46,422 bases of DNA from an uncultured Muribaculaceae bacterium (GCA_964514935.1 CAZEVZ010000001.1:1-46422); one strand, 5' to 3'. Positions 10,113 through 20,436 are shown, counted from the stretch's first letter. Program-made: numbers and translations. Notes: generated by a model not told the origin, from the sequence alone.

Positions 10113-10255
10113 ATTTATTACTCCTTTCTAGTATTATTATATTTTTATAAAGTAATTATAGAAATGACAAATACCTAGTAATAATGTAAAATGATGGTTA
10201 AATGATTTTCAAAATAGTCAAATTGGTATATACTTATTGTTAGTAGAGGTGTATT

Positions 10256-11443
10256 ATGAGAGTTGGAATATTTACAGATAGTTACTATCCTTTGGTCGCA
10301 GGAGTTGCTACCAGTATTGAAATGTTAAAGAATGCTTTGGAAGATATGGGACATACAGTTTATATTGTGGCTCAAAATTTGGAAAATCATCGTTTCATAT
10401 ATGATAAAGAACATAGAATTATCAGATTACCTGGTATTAAGACGAATATTCCCAATATTAGGATTACTCAAATATATTCAATTAAAGCAATGAAGATAAT
10501 TAAAAATGAATGGAATTTGGATATTATTCATACGCAGACAGAAGGAACTGTAGGTTCGTTTTCACATATTGTGGCAAAGAAACTAAATTTACCAATCGTT
10601 CATACTTATCATACTTTATATGAAGATTATATATATTATGTTACACATGGACATTTTGATAAAATGGCAAAGAAAATACTAGCTAAATATACGAAATATT
10701 ACTATGATCATAAGTGTGATGAAGTGATTGTGCCGACAGATAAAATTAAAGATATATTTAATAACAAATACCATATTGATAGAGATATTCATGTAATACC
10801 TAGTGGTATCGATATTAAAAAGTTCTATCCGACAAATATGTCCAAGAAGAAAGCTAAAGAAATAAGAAAAAAATATCATATAAATGATGATGATTTTGTA
10901 ATTGGTTCGGTAGGAAGAATAGCTTCTGAAAAGAGTTTTGATAAAATAATTGCCAATTTGCCAGATCTAATTAAGATGAATAATCATGTTAAATTTATGC
11001 TGGTGGGTGATGGTGTAGAATTGGCTAATTTAAAAAAGTTGGCTAAAGAATTAAAAGTAGATAAAAATGTTATTTTTACAGGTTTAATCGATTATAAAGA
11101 GATTACCAATTATTATCAATCATTCGATGTTATGGTGTCATTTTCGACAACAGAAACACAAGGAATGACGATTGTTGAAGCACTTGCAGCAGCTAGACCT
11201 ACGATATGTGTAAATGATACGAGTTTTCAAGATACAATTCAGGATAATTATAATGGTTATTTATTTAATAATGAAGATGAATTTAAGAAATATGTAATAG
11301 ATTTATGTTGTGATAAAGAATTATATAAATTGTTAAGTAATAATGCTAAAAATAGTGTCTATAGTTATTCAAAAGAAGTGTTTGCGTCGAGAGTACTAAA
11401 GGTATATCATTTAGCCATCAGTAAAAAGAAAAATGAGAAATAA
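10256..11443 (+). CDS. GT4-family glycosyltransferase, probably a diacylglycerol glucosyltransferase-type glycolipid synthase
   Basis: The N-terminus MRVGIFTDSYYPLVAGVATSIEMLKNALEDMGHTVYIV and the later ETQGMTIVEALAAARP motif are typical of GT4/GT-B enzymes such as alpha-monoglucosyl-DAG synthases. Confidence 0.65.
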   Translation: MRVGIFTDSYYPLVAGVATSIEMLKNALEDMGHTVYIVAQNLENHRFIYDKEHRIIRLPGIKTNIPNIRITQIYSIKAMKIIKNEWNLDIIHTQTEGTVGSFSHIVAKKLNLPIVHTYHTLYEDYIYYVTHGHFDKMAKKILAKYTKYYYDHKCDEVIVPTDKIKDIFNNKYHIDRDIHVIPSGIDIKKFYPTNMSKKKAKEIRKKYHINDDDFVIGSVGRIASEKSFDKIIANLPDLIKMNNHVKFMLVGDGVELANLKKLAKELKVDKNVIFTGLIDYKEITNYYQSFDVMVSFSTTETQGMTIVEALAAARPTICVNDTSFQDTIQDNYNGYLFNNEDEFKKYVIDLCCDKELYKLLSNNAKNSVYSYSKEVFASRVLKVYHLAISKKKNEK

Positions 11444-11444
11444 T

Positions 11445-11469
11445 CTATACGACTAAAGTATAGTTTTTT
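11445..11469 (+). terminator. Rho-independent terminator
   Basis: Stem CTATAC (11445-11450) / GTATAG (11458-11463), then a T-run at 11464-11469. Confidence 0.6.
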
Positions 11470-11525
11470 CTTTACTTAATAGTGAGTTTATATTATAATT
11501 TAGTTATGATAAAGAGGGTGTTACG

Positions 11526-13157
11526 ATGAAGAAAATATGGTTATTTATGCTTCAAATAATATTTTTACTTGGTATAGGAGTTAAAAATGTCTATGCGGAT
11601 ATTTATTTAAATTATAATGAATTAAGTATAGGAGTTAATAATAGTTTAAAATTGAGTGTTTCGGGTAGTACATCAGGGTCATATACTTGGTCAAGCAGTA
11701 ATAAAAGTGTGGCTAGTGTAAGTAATGGAACAGTGACTGGTCTTGCAACTGGTACTAGTTATATTAGTGTTTCTGATGGTACTTATACGGCTACATGTAA
11801 AGTGATGGTTGTAACTAATTATATAGCAGTTACAGGAATAAATTTGGCTCAAAAAAGTGGAACAATCGGTGTCAATGGAACTAATAAGATAAGTGCTAGT
11901 GTTAAACCAAGTAATGCCACCAATAAGAAAATTGGTTATTCAAGTAGTGATAAAAGTATTGCCACTGTCGATTCGTCTGGAATTATTACTGGTAAAAAGG
12001 CTGGTACGGCATATATTACAGTTAGTGCTGAAGATAAGACGGCTTCCTATGTGATAACCGTTGTTAGCAATGTCGCTTTGAAAGGAATAAGCATTAGTCC
12101 TAAAAATTTAGAAATCAATGAAAATAGTAGTGGTAAAATAAATATTAGTTATAATCCAAGTAATGCCACCAATAAAAATGTTACTTGGAAGAGTAGTAAT
12201 ACAGATGTGGTAACGGTCGATAATATTGGTAATGTTAAGGCTGTTGCGCCCGGTAGTGCGACAATTACCGTTGTTTCAAATGATGGCGGTTTTGTCGATA
12301 AGGCTAATGTTGTAGTAAATGCTATCGATAAATCTTTAAAAGGCATATCATTAAATAAAAAAGAATTGACTTTAGATGTCGGTAAAACGGAGACTTTGGT
12401 AGTTACTTATAGTCCAAATAATGCGGAAAATAAAGAGGTAACTTGGAAAAGTTCCGATAGTAAAATTGTCAGTGTTGAAGAGGGTAAAATAACGGCTATT
12501 AAGCCCGGTAAAGCGACAATTACGGTAACTAGTAGTGAGGGTGATTATAAGGTAACTTGTCAAGTAAAAGTTCCTTCACCACCAATTGAGGAAATAAAAT
12601 TTAAAAAGGAAGAACAAGCGGTATATATTGGAACAGAAACAACTTTGGAAACAATTGCTACACCGGAAGATGCAATTATTGAAGATGCTTTATGGACCAG
12701 TAGTAATGAAGAAGTTGCTACTGTTGAAGATGGTGTTTTAAAAGCATTAAGTTTAGGAACAACGATAATAACCGTAAGCGATAAAGAGGGTAAAATAACG
12801 GCTTCAACAACAGTTAATGTGGTACCAGAACCAGAAAAAGAATTAAGTATAACAATTTCTGGGTATGAATTAAATTTTAATCCTAATGTCAAAGAATATA
12901 CATTAACTATTGGTAGTGAGAGTAGTCTTCAAATCAATGTCAATCGTGATAGTGATAAAGTAGTTATCGGTGGTAATCGCGATCTTCAAAATGGAAGTAT
13001 TATTACTGTAACTATAAATGATGAAGATAGTGTTACATACGTTATCAATATAAAGAAAAAAGTAAGTTATCTGTTATATTTTATTGCAATAATAACGGTT
13101 CTGCTAATTATAAATATAATAAGGATAATTATTAAAAGTAAGAAAAAAGATCAATAA
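11526..13157 (+). CDS. Surface protein with repeated Big_2 (bacterial Ig-like) domains, a cadherin-like beta-sandwich region and a C-terminal membrane anchor
   Basis: It has a signal peptide (MKKIWLFMLQIIFLLGIGVKNVYA) and about six repeats of the pattern ...SSN..VATVD..G.V.A...G.A.ITV.... It then has GYELNFNPNVKEYTLTIG and a hydrophobic tail followed by KSKKKDQ. Confidence 0.75.
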   Translation: MKKIWLFMLQIIFLLGIGVKNVYADIYLNYNELSIGVNNSLKLSVSGSTSGSYTWSSSNKSVASVSNGTVTGLATGTSYISVSDGTYTATCKVMVVTNYIAVTGINLAQKSGTIGVNGTNKISASVKPSNATNKKIGYSSSDKSIATVDSSGIITGKKAGTAYITVSAEDKTASYVITVVSNVALKGISISPKNLEINENSSGKINISYNPSNATNKNVTWKSSNTDVVTVDNIGNVKAVAPGSATITVVSNDGGFVDKANVVVNAIDKSLKGISLNKKELTLDVGKTETLVVTYSPNNAENKEVTWKSSDSKIVSVEEGKITAIKPGKATITVTSSEGDYKVTCQVKVPSPPIEEIKFKKEEQAVYIGTETTLETIATPEDAIIEDALWTSSNEEVATVEDGVLKALSLGTTIITVSDKEGKITASTTVNVVPEPEKELSITISGYELNFNPNVKEYTLTIGSESSLQINVNRDSDKVVIGGNRDLQNGSIITVTINDEDSVTYVINIKKKVSYLLYFIAIITVLLIINIIRIIIKSKKKDQ

Positions 13158-13161
13158 ATAA

Positions 13162-13197
13162 AATAAGGAACTGAAAATCAGTTCCTTATTTTATTTA
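13162..13197. terminator. Bidirectional hairpin terminator left of switch cassette A
   Basis: Stem AATAAGGAACTG (13162-13173) / CAGTTCCTTATT (13179-13190). It has an A-rich run on the left and a T-rich run on the right. Confidence 0.65.
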
Positions 13198-13202
13198 TAT
13201 GT

Positions 13203-13415
13203 TTGTCAACTATAGGTTGCAAAGTCCTTAAGTATTTTACTTGAGGACTATCATTTCTATTAAAATAATACCATAAAATAAGGGAATGTGCAATAAAAAT
13301 GGTGGTAATTTTTAGAAAAAAATTTGTGTCAAATTTTCTCCATGTTTTTGATAAATTCTTTATTTATAGGCATCTACGGAGATTATAAAAGTTGTTAAGT
13401 AAAATACTTAAGGAC
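13203..13415. promoter_or_regulatory. Switch cassette A: promoter segment bracketed by inverted repeats (candidate invertible promoter, promoter currently facing away from 13430..14494)
   Basis: The left dyad is TTGTCAACTATAGGTTGCAAA at 13203-13223. IR-L is GTCCTTAAGTATTTTACTTGAGGAC at 13224-13248. IR-R is GTTGTTAAGTAAAATACTTAAGGAC at 13391-13415 (22/25 complementary, outer 19 perfect). The minus-strand promoter is TTGCAC (13293-13288), 17 nt, TGgTATTAT (13270-13265). Confidence 0.6.
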
Positions 13416-13429
13416 AGAATGGTGATTAT

Positions 13430-14494
13430 ATGAAGAAAATATGGAAGGATAATGCGAAGTTAATACTGATTGTGACTATAGCAATTGTTTTGGCTAGTGG
13501 AGCAACGTATGCGGCAACGACAATGTATGATTCAAATATCGTTGGATATGATAATACGACTAGTGGTTTAAGATCTACGAATGTACAATCTGCTTTAGAT
13601 GAATTGTATGGTACAGTTGCTGAAGTAATTATCAATATTCGAGATAAAGTAGAGGAACTATATGAAATAAAAGATATTGCCAGCGGTGAAAGTCCCGCAG
13701 GGTTACATAATGCGATATTTAGAGGTAAAAACGTTTCAAAATATATGCCAAGTAGTATTGTCTCTGGAGGTGATGGTTCGATATACGATCGAATAGCTGG
13801 CACGAATGGTTATTCAATGTTTCAAGATTTATATGTTGGTGATTATATTGTTGCTGATAATGTCAACGATACAGTCAATGGTATCGTGTGGAGGATAGCT
13901 GGTTTTGATATATATTATATGTCTGGATATCCGACGGCGCTATCAAGTCATCATGCAGTGATAGTGCCTGATGAAATATTGGGAAAAGCAAAAATGAATA
14001 CATCAAATGTTACAACTGGTGGCTATGTAGGAAGTGCTATGTACACAACATTGACATCAACAACATTACCAACATATATTACTCCAATATTTGGTAGTCA
14101 CGTACTTGAATATAATACATTATTATCAAATGATGTAGGAACAACTTTATATAATAGATATGGTAGTAATACAGGTGCTTCAAATAATTGGAGTTGGTAT
14201 AATAGAAAATTAGATTTGATGAACGAAGTACAAGTGACTGGAGCAACTGAATGGTCAAGCAGTGGATTTGATATTGGTGCAGACACTGTTCAATTTCCAT
14301 TATTTAGACTAAGACCAGAATTTAAAATAGCCTATACCAGTAATGTGCATTCTTCAGATACTAGAGCTCATTATTGGTTACGTTCAGTGATGTCCTCATC
14401 CTCTTTTGCGTTTATTGCAGGTGAAGGATGTAGTGGTATGGGTGTTTTCGCGGGTGAACAATATGGTGTTCGTCCATACTTCTATATTGGATAA
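13430..14494 (+). CDS. Secreted tail-fibre-like family protein, paralogue 2 (long form, YWLRS...GVRPYFYIG domain)
   Basis: The Shine-Dalgarno is GGTGAT. The signal peptide is MKKIWKDNAKLILIVTIAIVLASGATYA, followed by the YDNTTSGLRSTNVQSALDELY motif. The C-terminal ~250 aa are colinear with paralogues 1 and 5. Confidence 0.85.
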   Translation: MKKIWKDNAKLILIVTIAIVLASGATYAATTMYDSNIVGYDNTTSGLRSTNVQSALDELYGTVAEVIINIRDKVEELYEIKDIASGESPAGLHNAIFRGKNVSKYMPSSIVSGGDGSIYDRIAGTNGYSMFQDLYVGDYIVADNVNDTVNGIVWRIAGFDIYYMSGYPTALSSHHAVIVPDEILGKAKMNTSNVTTGGYVGSAMYTTLTSTTLPTYITPIFGSHVLEYNTLLSNDVGTTLYNRYGSNTGASNNWSWYNRKLDLMNEVQVTGATEWSSSGFDIGADTVQFPLFRLRPEFKIAYTSNVHSSDTRAHYWLRSVMSSSSFAFIAGEGCSGMGVFAGEQYGVRPYFYIG

Positions 14495-14496
14495 AA

Positions 14497-14518
14497 AATA
14501 AGGGATAACCCCCTTATT
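14497..14518. terminator. Shared hairpin between convergent genes
   Basis: Stem AATAAGGG (14497-14504) / CCCTTATT (14511-14518). It overlaps the stop codon of the minus-strand deacetylase gene. Confidence 0.5.
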
Positions 14519-15461
14519 TATTTACTTTAATACTACCATAGAATAATGGTAATAAGATATAGTTGTTATCTTCTAGATACTTTATGGCATTTGGTAACAT
14601 TGAAATAGTCGTTTTATCGTAATCATGAAATAGAATTACTTCAATGTTTTCATTTATAGTACTGGTAAAATTGTTCCATGCAGTATCGTAGTTAGGTAAA
14701 TAGCCACCATCACCATCTTGGGCTGTCCAATCGACCCAACCATAGCCATTATTTTTTAATTGTGATAAAATGCTATCGACACTACTACCAGCCAGTGCTC
14801 TAGCGGTGGCAGAACCGCCAGGGAATCTAATGATATTTGTTTTAATACCAGTTCTATTTTTGATTAAATCTTCTTGTAATTTTACTTGATACATAAAACT
14901 ATCGGCATTGTTATATAATCCTCTAAAGATACCATGAGAATAAGTATGATTAGCAATCGTATGTCCATTATCGACAATTTTTTTATAAGTATCTTTACAA
15001 GAATAGTTTTTATTATCATAACATATATCTTTATCTTGTCCAATGGTAAAGAAGGTGGCTTTAACTTTATATTCTTTTAAGATATTTAATACTCGATCAG
15101 TAGAGTAATAGGGACCATCATCAAAAGTAATATAAGCTATTTTATAATTAGTTTCTTTTTTAGTAATCCTATTTTCTACTTGAGGGGCTAAATTAAAAAC
15201 CTTTTCTTTGGTATTTTTGGTGGTTTCATCAATATTAGTAAGATCATTTAGTTCACTGATTAAACTATCTTTTTTTTGGTTATATTCATTAGTTTCATTT
15301 TTTATAAGTAGCAATTTTGCGGTCAATTCATTATTTGTTTTAAGATGAGATGCATAGTTTAAGTAATTATTTATTGTTATATATGATAAGATAATTATGA
15401 CTAGTAAGATAATGATTATGAAGATAAAGCTTTTTCTAGTTTTTCTTTGGCTTTCTTCCAT
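14514..15461 (-). CDS. Polysaccharide deacetylase (NodB homology domain), membrane-anchored
   Basis: It has an N-terminal TM segment, then IAYITFDDGPY...TFFTIG...GHTIANHTYSH, which are classic NodB motifs. Confidence 0.85.
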   Translation of the reverse strand: MEESQRKTRKSFIFIIIILLVIIILSYITINNYLNYASHLKTNNELTAKLLLIKNETNEYNQKKDSLISELNDLTNIDETTKNTKEKVFNLAPQVENRITKKETNYKIAYITFDDGPYYSTDRVLNILKEYKVKATFFTIGQDKDICYDNKNYSCKDTYKKIVDNGHTIANHTYSHGIFRGLYNNADSFMYQVKLQEDLIKNRTGIKTNIIRFPGGSATARALAGSSVDSILSQLKNNGYGWVDWTAQDGDGGYLPNYDTAWNNFTSTINENIEVILFHDYDKTTISMLPNAIKYLEDNNYILLPLFYGSIKVNK

Positions 15462-15700
15462 ATTGCTAATTCCTCAATTTTATCTTTTTGGTCATCTTTT
15501 AACTTATTGATTTCGTTTTCATAATTTAAATTGCTTTCAATTATCTCATCATTTTCATCAGTTAACTTATTTATTTGTTCAGCTAATTTATTATTTTCAA
15601 TATTTATTTCATTTGTTTTGATAGCTGTATAAATAAATATTCCCAAGAGTACACATAATATAAATAATAAAACTTTTACTACTTTTTTCACTGCAATCAT
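15416..15700 (-). CDS. Small membrane-anchored coiled-coil protein
   Basis: MIAVKKVVKVLLFILCVLLGIFIYTAI is followed by a K/E/N-rich heptad-like sequence. The start is chosen at the Met before the TM segment (the track ORF extends to 15739). The gene overlaps the deacetylase start by 46 nt. Confidence 0.45.
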   Translation of the reverse strand: MIAVKKVVKVLLFILCVLLGIFIYTAIKTNEINIENNKLAEQINKLTDENDEIIESNLNYENEINKLKDDQKDKIEELAIWKKAKEKLEKALSS

Positions 15701-15766
15701 CTCATCTATTATGATACCCCAAAAAGGTAAAAATATCAATAAAAAAAATAGCGCTATGCTATTTCA

Positions 15767-15970
15767 TTAGTGATCATGATCTAAATCTTTAGTAAGTAAC
15801 CCTAACTGAATTAAACCGGCTACCATTACTAATACATAGACAATTCTAGTAAGTAGGGAACCGTCACCAAATAAGTATTCAACTAAATTGAAATTGAATA
15901 AGCCCACTAAACCCCAATTTAAACATCCGATAGCACTTAATACTAAACATGTCTTATATAATGTATTCAT
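15767..15970 (-). CDS. DUF378-family small membrane protein
   Basis: LSAIGCLNWGLVGLFNFNLVEYLFG is the signature of DUF378/YuzA-like proteins. Confidence 0.75.
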   Translation of the reverse strand: MNTLYKTCLVLSAIGCLNWGLVGLFNFNLVEYLFGDGSLLTRIVYVLVMVAGLIQLGLLTKDLDHDH

Positions 15971-16079
15971 ATGTTCCTCCTTTGATAATTATATTTTTAC
16001 CCAAAATTACATAATTATTCATCATATTGTGAAATTTATCCCATATAATTTACCATAAAGATAAAAAATGGGGTGAAGT

Positions 16080-17201
16080 GTGAAGAAAATATTTTTAATT
16101 TTAATTTTAATTTGTTTGGTTTTAACTGGATGTGGTAAACGCAATGAAAAGGAAGTGCTTAAAGGATTTCAAGATAAAGTACTGGGAGCTAATTCGTATT
16201 ATTTAACTGGGGAAATGGAACTAGTTAATAATGAAGATGTCTACAATTATAATATTGCGGTATCTTATAAGAAAGATGATTTTTATAAGATAGAACTAGT
16301 AAATGCAGTCAATGATCATAAACAGATAATTTTAAGAAATAATGAAGGTGTATATATTGTGACACCATCACTCAATAAGAGTTTTAAATTTCAAAGTGAT
16401 TGGCCATATAATAATAGTCAAGTATATTTGCTTTCTAGTCTGTTAGATGATATCAATAATGATGAAAATAGGACATTTGAGGATAGTAGTGAAGGTTATA
16501 TCTTTACTTCAGCAGTAAATTATCCGAACAATGAAAAATTAGTAAAACAAAAGGTATATTTTGATAAGGATTATATGCCTACGAAGGTCGAAGTATTAGA
16601 TGCCGATGGTAATAGTGAAATAACCATGAAATTTGATAAAATCGATTTAAGAACAGAATTTAATGATACTTATTTTGATTTAAATTCAATTCTAGATACG
16701 AATAAGAATATGGATAATCCAAGCAATACGACAAATAATAATAGTAATAATAATGATAATAGTGATAATAATAGTAATGGTAATACACCTAGTGAAACGC
16801 AGGAACCTAGCAATAGTAATGAAGAAAATAATGGTGATAATCAAACAAAAGAGACGGCGACAATCGATGATATTATCTATCCGATGTATTTACCGGTGAA
16901 TACTTATCTAACAAATACCGAGAGAGTAAATGCTGAAGATGGTGAAAGACTTATTTTGACATTTAGTGGTGATAGTTCTTTTGTCCTAATGGAACAGGTA
17001 GCAAAATATAGTGAAGTACCAGAAATTATCCCTACTTATGGTGATGTTGAACTCATCGGTTCATCATTGGCGGTAATCAATGATAATTCAGCCAATTGGT
17101 TCGATAATGGTATCGAATATTATATTGTTAGCGATGTTATGGCGACAGATGAATTGCTTCAGGTAGTTAGATCGATTAGTGTTCTTCCAGTTAGTAAATA
17201 A
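16080..17201 (+). CDS. Lipoprotein with an N/S/D-rich linker (possibly LolA-like fold)
   Basis: The start is GTG. The lipobox is LVLTGC. A low-complexity NTTNNNSNNNDNSDNNSNGN linker lies at about 16710-16860. The family assignment is from memory only. Confidence 0.55.
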   Translation: MKKIFLILILICLVLTGCGKRNEKEVLKGFQDKVLGANSYYLTGEMELVNNEDVYNYNIAVSYKKDDFYKIELVNAVNDHKQIILRNNEGVYIVTPSLNKSFKFQSDWPYNNSQVYLLSSLLDDINNDENRTFEDSSEGYIFTSAVNYPNNEKLVKQKVYFDKDYMPTKVEVLDADGNSEITMKFDKIDLRTEFNDTYFDLNSILDTNKNMDNPSNTTNNNSNNNDNSDNNSNGNTPSETQEPSNSNEENNGDNQTKETATIDDIIYPMYLPVNTYLTNTERVNAEDGERLILTFSGDSSFVLMEQVAKYSEVPEIIPTYGDVELIGSSLAVINDNSANWFDNGIEYYIVSDVMATDELLQVVRSISVLPVSK

Positions 17202-17273
17202 ATTAGGTGCTAAATTAAGCATCTTTTTTTTCACATTTTGTGGTATACTTATAGGTAGTGAAAGAGGGATATT

Positions 17274-17561
17274 ATGGATAAAGATAGTTTAAAATTATTA
17301 GCTAGTAAACTTATGTTTACAATGGATGAGAAAGAATATGATACCTTATCAGATGAATTTGAGATTATTCTTAAGCAGATGGATTTGATTGGTAAAATAG
17401 ATAATATTGAAAATGTTGAACCTTTAATATATCCATTTCCAATAGATGATGTTAAGATGAGAGAAGATGTGGTAATAGATGAATTGCCAATCGAAGATAT
17501 TCTTCAAAATAGTGGAGATAATCTATATAATCAAGTTAAATTACCTAAGGTGGTGGAATAA
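17274..17561 (+). CDS. gatC: Asp/Glu-tRNA amidotransferase subunit C
   Basis: A 95-aa protein immediately upstream of, and overlapping, gatA. An extended -10 (TGgTATACT) lies near 17240-17252. Confidence 0.85.
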   Translation: MDKDSLKLLASKLMFTMDEKEYDTLSDEFEIILKQMDLIGKIDNIENVEPLIYPFPIDDVKMREDVVIDELPIEDILQNSGDNLYNQVKLPKVVE

Positions 17562-18982
17562 TGAATATTACAGAAATTAGAGATAAATTAGATAATAATT
17601 TGATTACGAGTGAAGAATTAGTTGCTAAAAGTATTAAGTTGGCTAAAGAAAGTATGAAAGAATATAATCCTTTTGTAACTATTTTAGATGATTATGAGAA
17701 GATGGATAGTGATAGTTTAATTGCGGGTATTCCTTATGCTTTAAAAGATAATGTATCAACTAAAGGAATTCTGACGACTGCTAGCAGTAATATCCTTAAT
17801 AATTACATTCCTGTATACGATGCGACAATCTATAAGAAGTTAAAAGATGCTGGAGCTGTTTTGATTGGTAAGACAGTACTTGATGAGTTGGCAATGGGTG
17901 GAACAGGAACGACGGGACATACAGGATTGGTTAGAAATCCTTGGGATAAGACGAGACAAATAGGTGGTTCTTCAGCCGGAAGTGCGGCGGCGGTAGCGAT
18001 GGGAATAGTACCATTTGCTATTGGTTCTGATACTGGTGATTCGGTTAGAAAGCCAGCTGCTTATGGTGGAATTGTCGGTTTTAAACCAACTTATGGAAGA
18101 ATTAGTCGATATGGTTTGTTTGCTTTTGCTTCAAGTTTAGATCATTTGGGAGTATTTGCTCGAAATGTTAAAGATGTCGCTATGGTTATCGATATTGTCA
18201 AAGGACATGATGAAAAGGATATGACCAGTTTGCCAGATGATGGTAAGGATTATGTCAAAACCTTGGATAATTCTGTAAAAGGAAGAAAATTATTTTATAT
18301 TAAGGAAGCTTTGGAAAATGCTTCAAAAGAAATTGCCGATAATTTTAATGAGGTTATTAAAAAATGTGAAAGTTTGGGAATTGAAGTACATAGTGAATCG
18401 ATTGATAGGGATTTGTTACTTGCTTTGTATCCAACATATATGGCTATATCTTGTGCGGAAGCGACAAGTAATGATTCTAATTTGACAGGTATTCATTTTG
18501 GAGTTAGAGGAAATGGTAATAATCCCGATGAGATAATAAGCGATGCTAGAACTAAAGGATTTAGTGAACTAATTAAAAGAAGATTTATTATTGGTAGTTA
18601 TATTCTGCAAAGGGAAAATCAAGAAAAATTATTTTTAAATGCCTATCGTGTACGTAGACTAATCGTCGATAAAATAAATGAATTATTTAAAGAATACGAT
18701 GGACTTATCATGCCAGCAGCGGCAGGAATAGCACCTAAATTTGAAGATAAAAGTGATAAACTCAGCGATAAATATTTAATTTTGGATAATCATCTATGTA
18801 TTGGTAATTTTGGAGGATATCCGAGTATTACTATCCCTTCAGGTTTTGTTTCAGGTTTGCCAATAGCAATCAATATTACTGGTAGGGTAAGAGAAGATTA
18901 TCTAGTTTTAAATATGGCTAGTAAAATTGAGGGTACGATGGCATATAAGGATCAAATAGCGAAGGAGTGGGAAAATGTATAA
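17561..18982 (+). CDS. gatA: Asp/Glu-tRNA amidotransferase subunit A
   Basis: It carries the amidase signature GGSSAGSAAAVA...GSDTGDSVRKPAA and sits in gatCAB order. Confidence 0.95.
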   Translation: MNITEIRDKLDNNLITSEELVAKSIKLAKESMKEYNPFVTILDDYEKMDSDSLIAGIPYALKDNVSTKGILTTASSNILNNYIPVYDATIYKKLKDAGAVLIGKTVLDELAMGGTGTTGHTGLVRNPWDKTRQIGGSSAGSAAAVAMGIVPFAIGSDTGDSVRKPAAYGGIVGFKPTYGRISRYGLFAFASSLDHLGVFARNVKDVAMVIDIVKGHDEKDMTSLPDDGKDYVKTLDNSVKGRKLFYIKEALENASKEIADNFNEVIKKCESLGIEVHSESIDRDLLLALYPTYMAISCAEATSNDSNLTGIHFGVRGNGNNPDEIISDARTKGFSELIKRRFIIGSYILQRENQEKLFLNAYRVRRLIVDKINELFKEYDGLIMPAAAGIAPKFEDKSDKLSDKYLILDNHLCIGNFGGYPSITIPSGFVSGLPIAINITGRVREDYLVLNMASKIEGTMAYKDQIAKEWENV

Positions 18983-20396
18983 GACGGTTATCGGTTTGGA
19001 AGTTCACTGTGAACTTAAATCCAATAGTAAAAATTTTTCCAGTGCTAAAAATGGTTTTTCCGATATTCCAAACAGCAATGTATCAGTTGTCGATTTGGGA
19101 ATGCCAGGAATACTTCCGGTAGTAAATAAGGGAGCTGTTAGAAATTCACTCAAGATGGCTTTAGCAATGAATTGTAAAATCCCTAAATTTTTAACTTTTG
19201 AAAGAAAAAATTATTTCTATCCTGATTTACCAAAGGGATATCAAATTACCCAGTTTAAAAATCCCGTTGGTATAGATGGCTATGTAATGATAAATGTCGG
19301 AGGCAGTGAAAAGAAAGTTTTAATTCACGATACCCATTTGGAAGAAGATACTGCCAGTATGGATCACTATAACGACTATTCGCTACTAGATTATAATAGA
19401 TGTGGAGTTCCTTTGCTTGAGACAGTAACCGAACCTTGTCTAAATTCAGCAGAAGAAGCGGTAACTTTCTTGGAGACATTAAGAAATATCTTTTTGTATA
19501 CCGATACTTCGTATGCTAGAAGTGATAAAGGCCAGATTAGGGTAGATGTCAATGTCTCTTTGATGAAAGAAAATGATAAAGAATTAGGAACACGAGTAGA
19601 GATTAAGAATATCAATTCTTTTAGTGGGGTCAAAGAAGCTATTTTGATCGAAGTGGCTAGACAGACGGAAATTCTAAATAATGGTGGACATATTGAACAG
19701 GAAACGAGAAGATATGATGAAAATATGCATACGACATATATGATGAGAAGTAAAGAAGATGCGATTGACTATAGGTACTTTACCGATCCAAATTTACCAC
19801 CAATGAGAATCGATGATAAATGGATAGCAGAAATAAGAAAAGAGATACCGATATTACCTAATGAAAGATTTAATTTATATACGAATGAATATCATATCAA
19901 TGAAAAAGATGCATATACTATTGTCAGAGATAAGAAGATATCCGATTTTTATGAAGCATGTTTGAAACTACTTGCTGAACCTGTCCTTATTTCTAATTGG
20001 TTAACTGGCGATGTTATGAAAAATTTAAATAGAGATAGTTTGACTATCGATGAAGCCAAGATAGATCCGGCTAAATTGACTACTTTAATTAAGATGATTA
20101 CTGATGGTCAAATAAATGGTAAACAGGGAAAAGAAGTATTGGAGCATATGATGAATACGGGTAAAGATGCCAATACTTTAGTAAGTGAACTTGGAATGAC
20201 TCAGATAAGTAATGAAGATGAAATTAGAGAGATAGTTTTAGCAATTATGGATGAAAATAAAAATTTAATCGAAGATTATAAAGCAGGTAAAAATGTCTTT
20301 GGTTATATCGTTGGGTTAATTATGAAAAAGACTGGTGGTAAGGCTAATCCAGTAGTTACTTCGAAGATACTTAAGGATGAACTAATTAAAATATAG
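18975..20396 (+). CDS. gatB: Asp/Glu-tRNA amidotransferase subunit B
   Basis: VIGLEVHCELK...YFYPDLPKGYQITQ...LEEDTA are canonical GatB motifs. Confidence 0.95.
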   Translation: MYKTVIGLEVHCELKSNSKNFSSAKNGFSDIPNSNVSVVDLGMPGILPVVNKGAVRNSLKMALAMNCKIPKFLTFERKNYFYPDLPKGYQITQFKNPVGIDGYVMINVGGSEKKVLIHDTHLEEDTASMDHYNDYSLLDYNRCGVPLLETVTEPCLNSAEEAVTFLETLRNIFLYTDTSYARSDKGQIRVDVNVSLMKENDKELGTRVEIKNINSFSGVKEAILIEVARQTEILNNGGHIEQETRRYDENMHTTYMMRSKEDAIDYRYFTDPNLPPMRIDDKWIAEIRKEIPILPNERFNLYTNEYHINEKDAYTIVRDKKISDFYEACLKLLAEPVLISNWLTGDVMKNLNRDSLTIDEAKIDPAKLTTLIKMITDGQINGKQGKEVLEHMMNTGKDANTLVSELGMTQISNEDEIREIVLAIMDENKNLIEDYKAGKNVFGYIVGLIMKKTGGKANPVVTSKILKDELIKI

Positions 20397-20407
20397 TTGA
20401 CATAAAT

Positions 20408-20436
20408 TTGACAAAATAAGAAAAATTTGCTATAAT
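20408..20436 (+). promoter_or_regulatory. Perfect consensus sigma-A promoter driving the large non-coding RNA
   Basis: TTGACA (20408-20413), 17-nt spacer, TATAAT (20431-20436). A second TTGACA lies at 20397-20402. Confidence 0.75.

Noticed and set aside
13426-13803. 125-aa minus-strand ORF antisense to the start of paralogue 2
   Set aside because: It is antisense to the most conserved part of the family. There is no equivalent ORF opposite the other paralogues.
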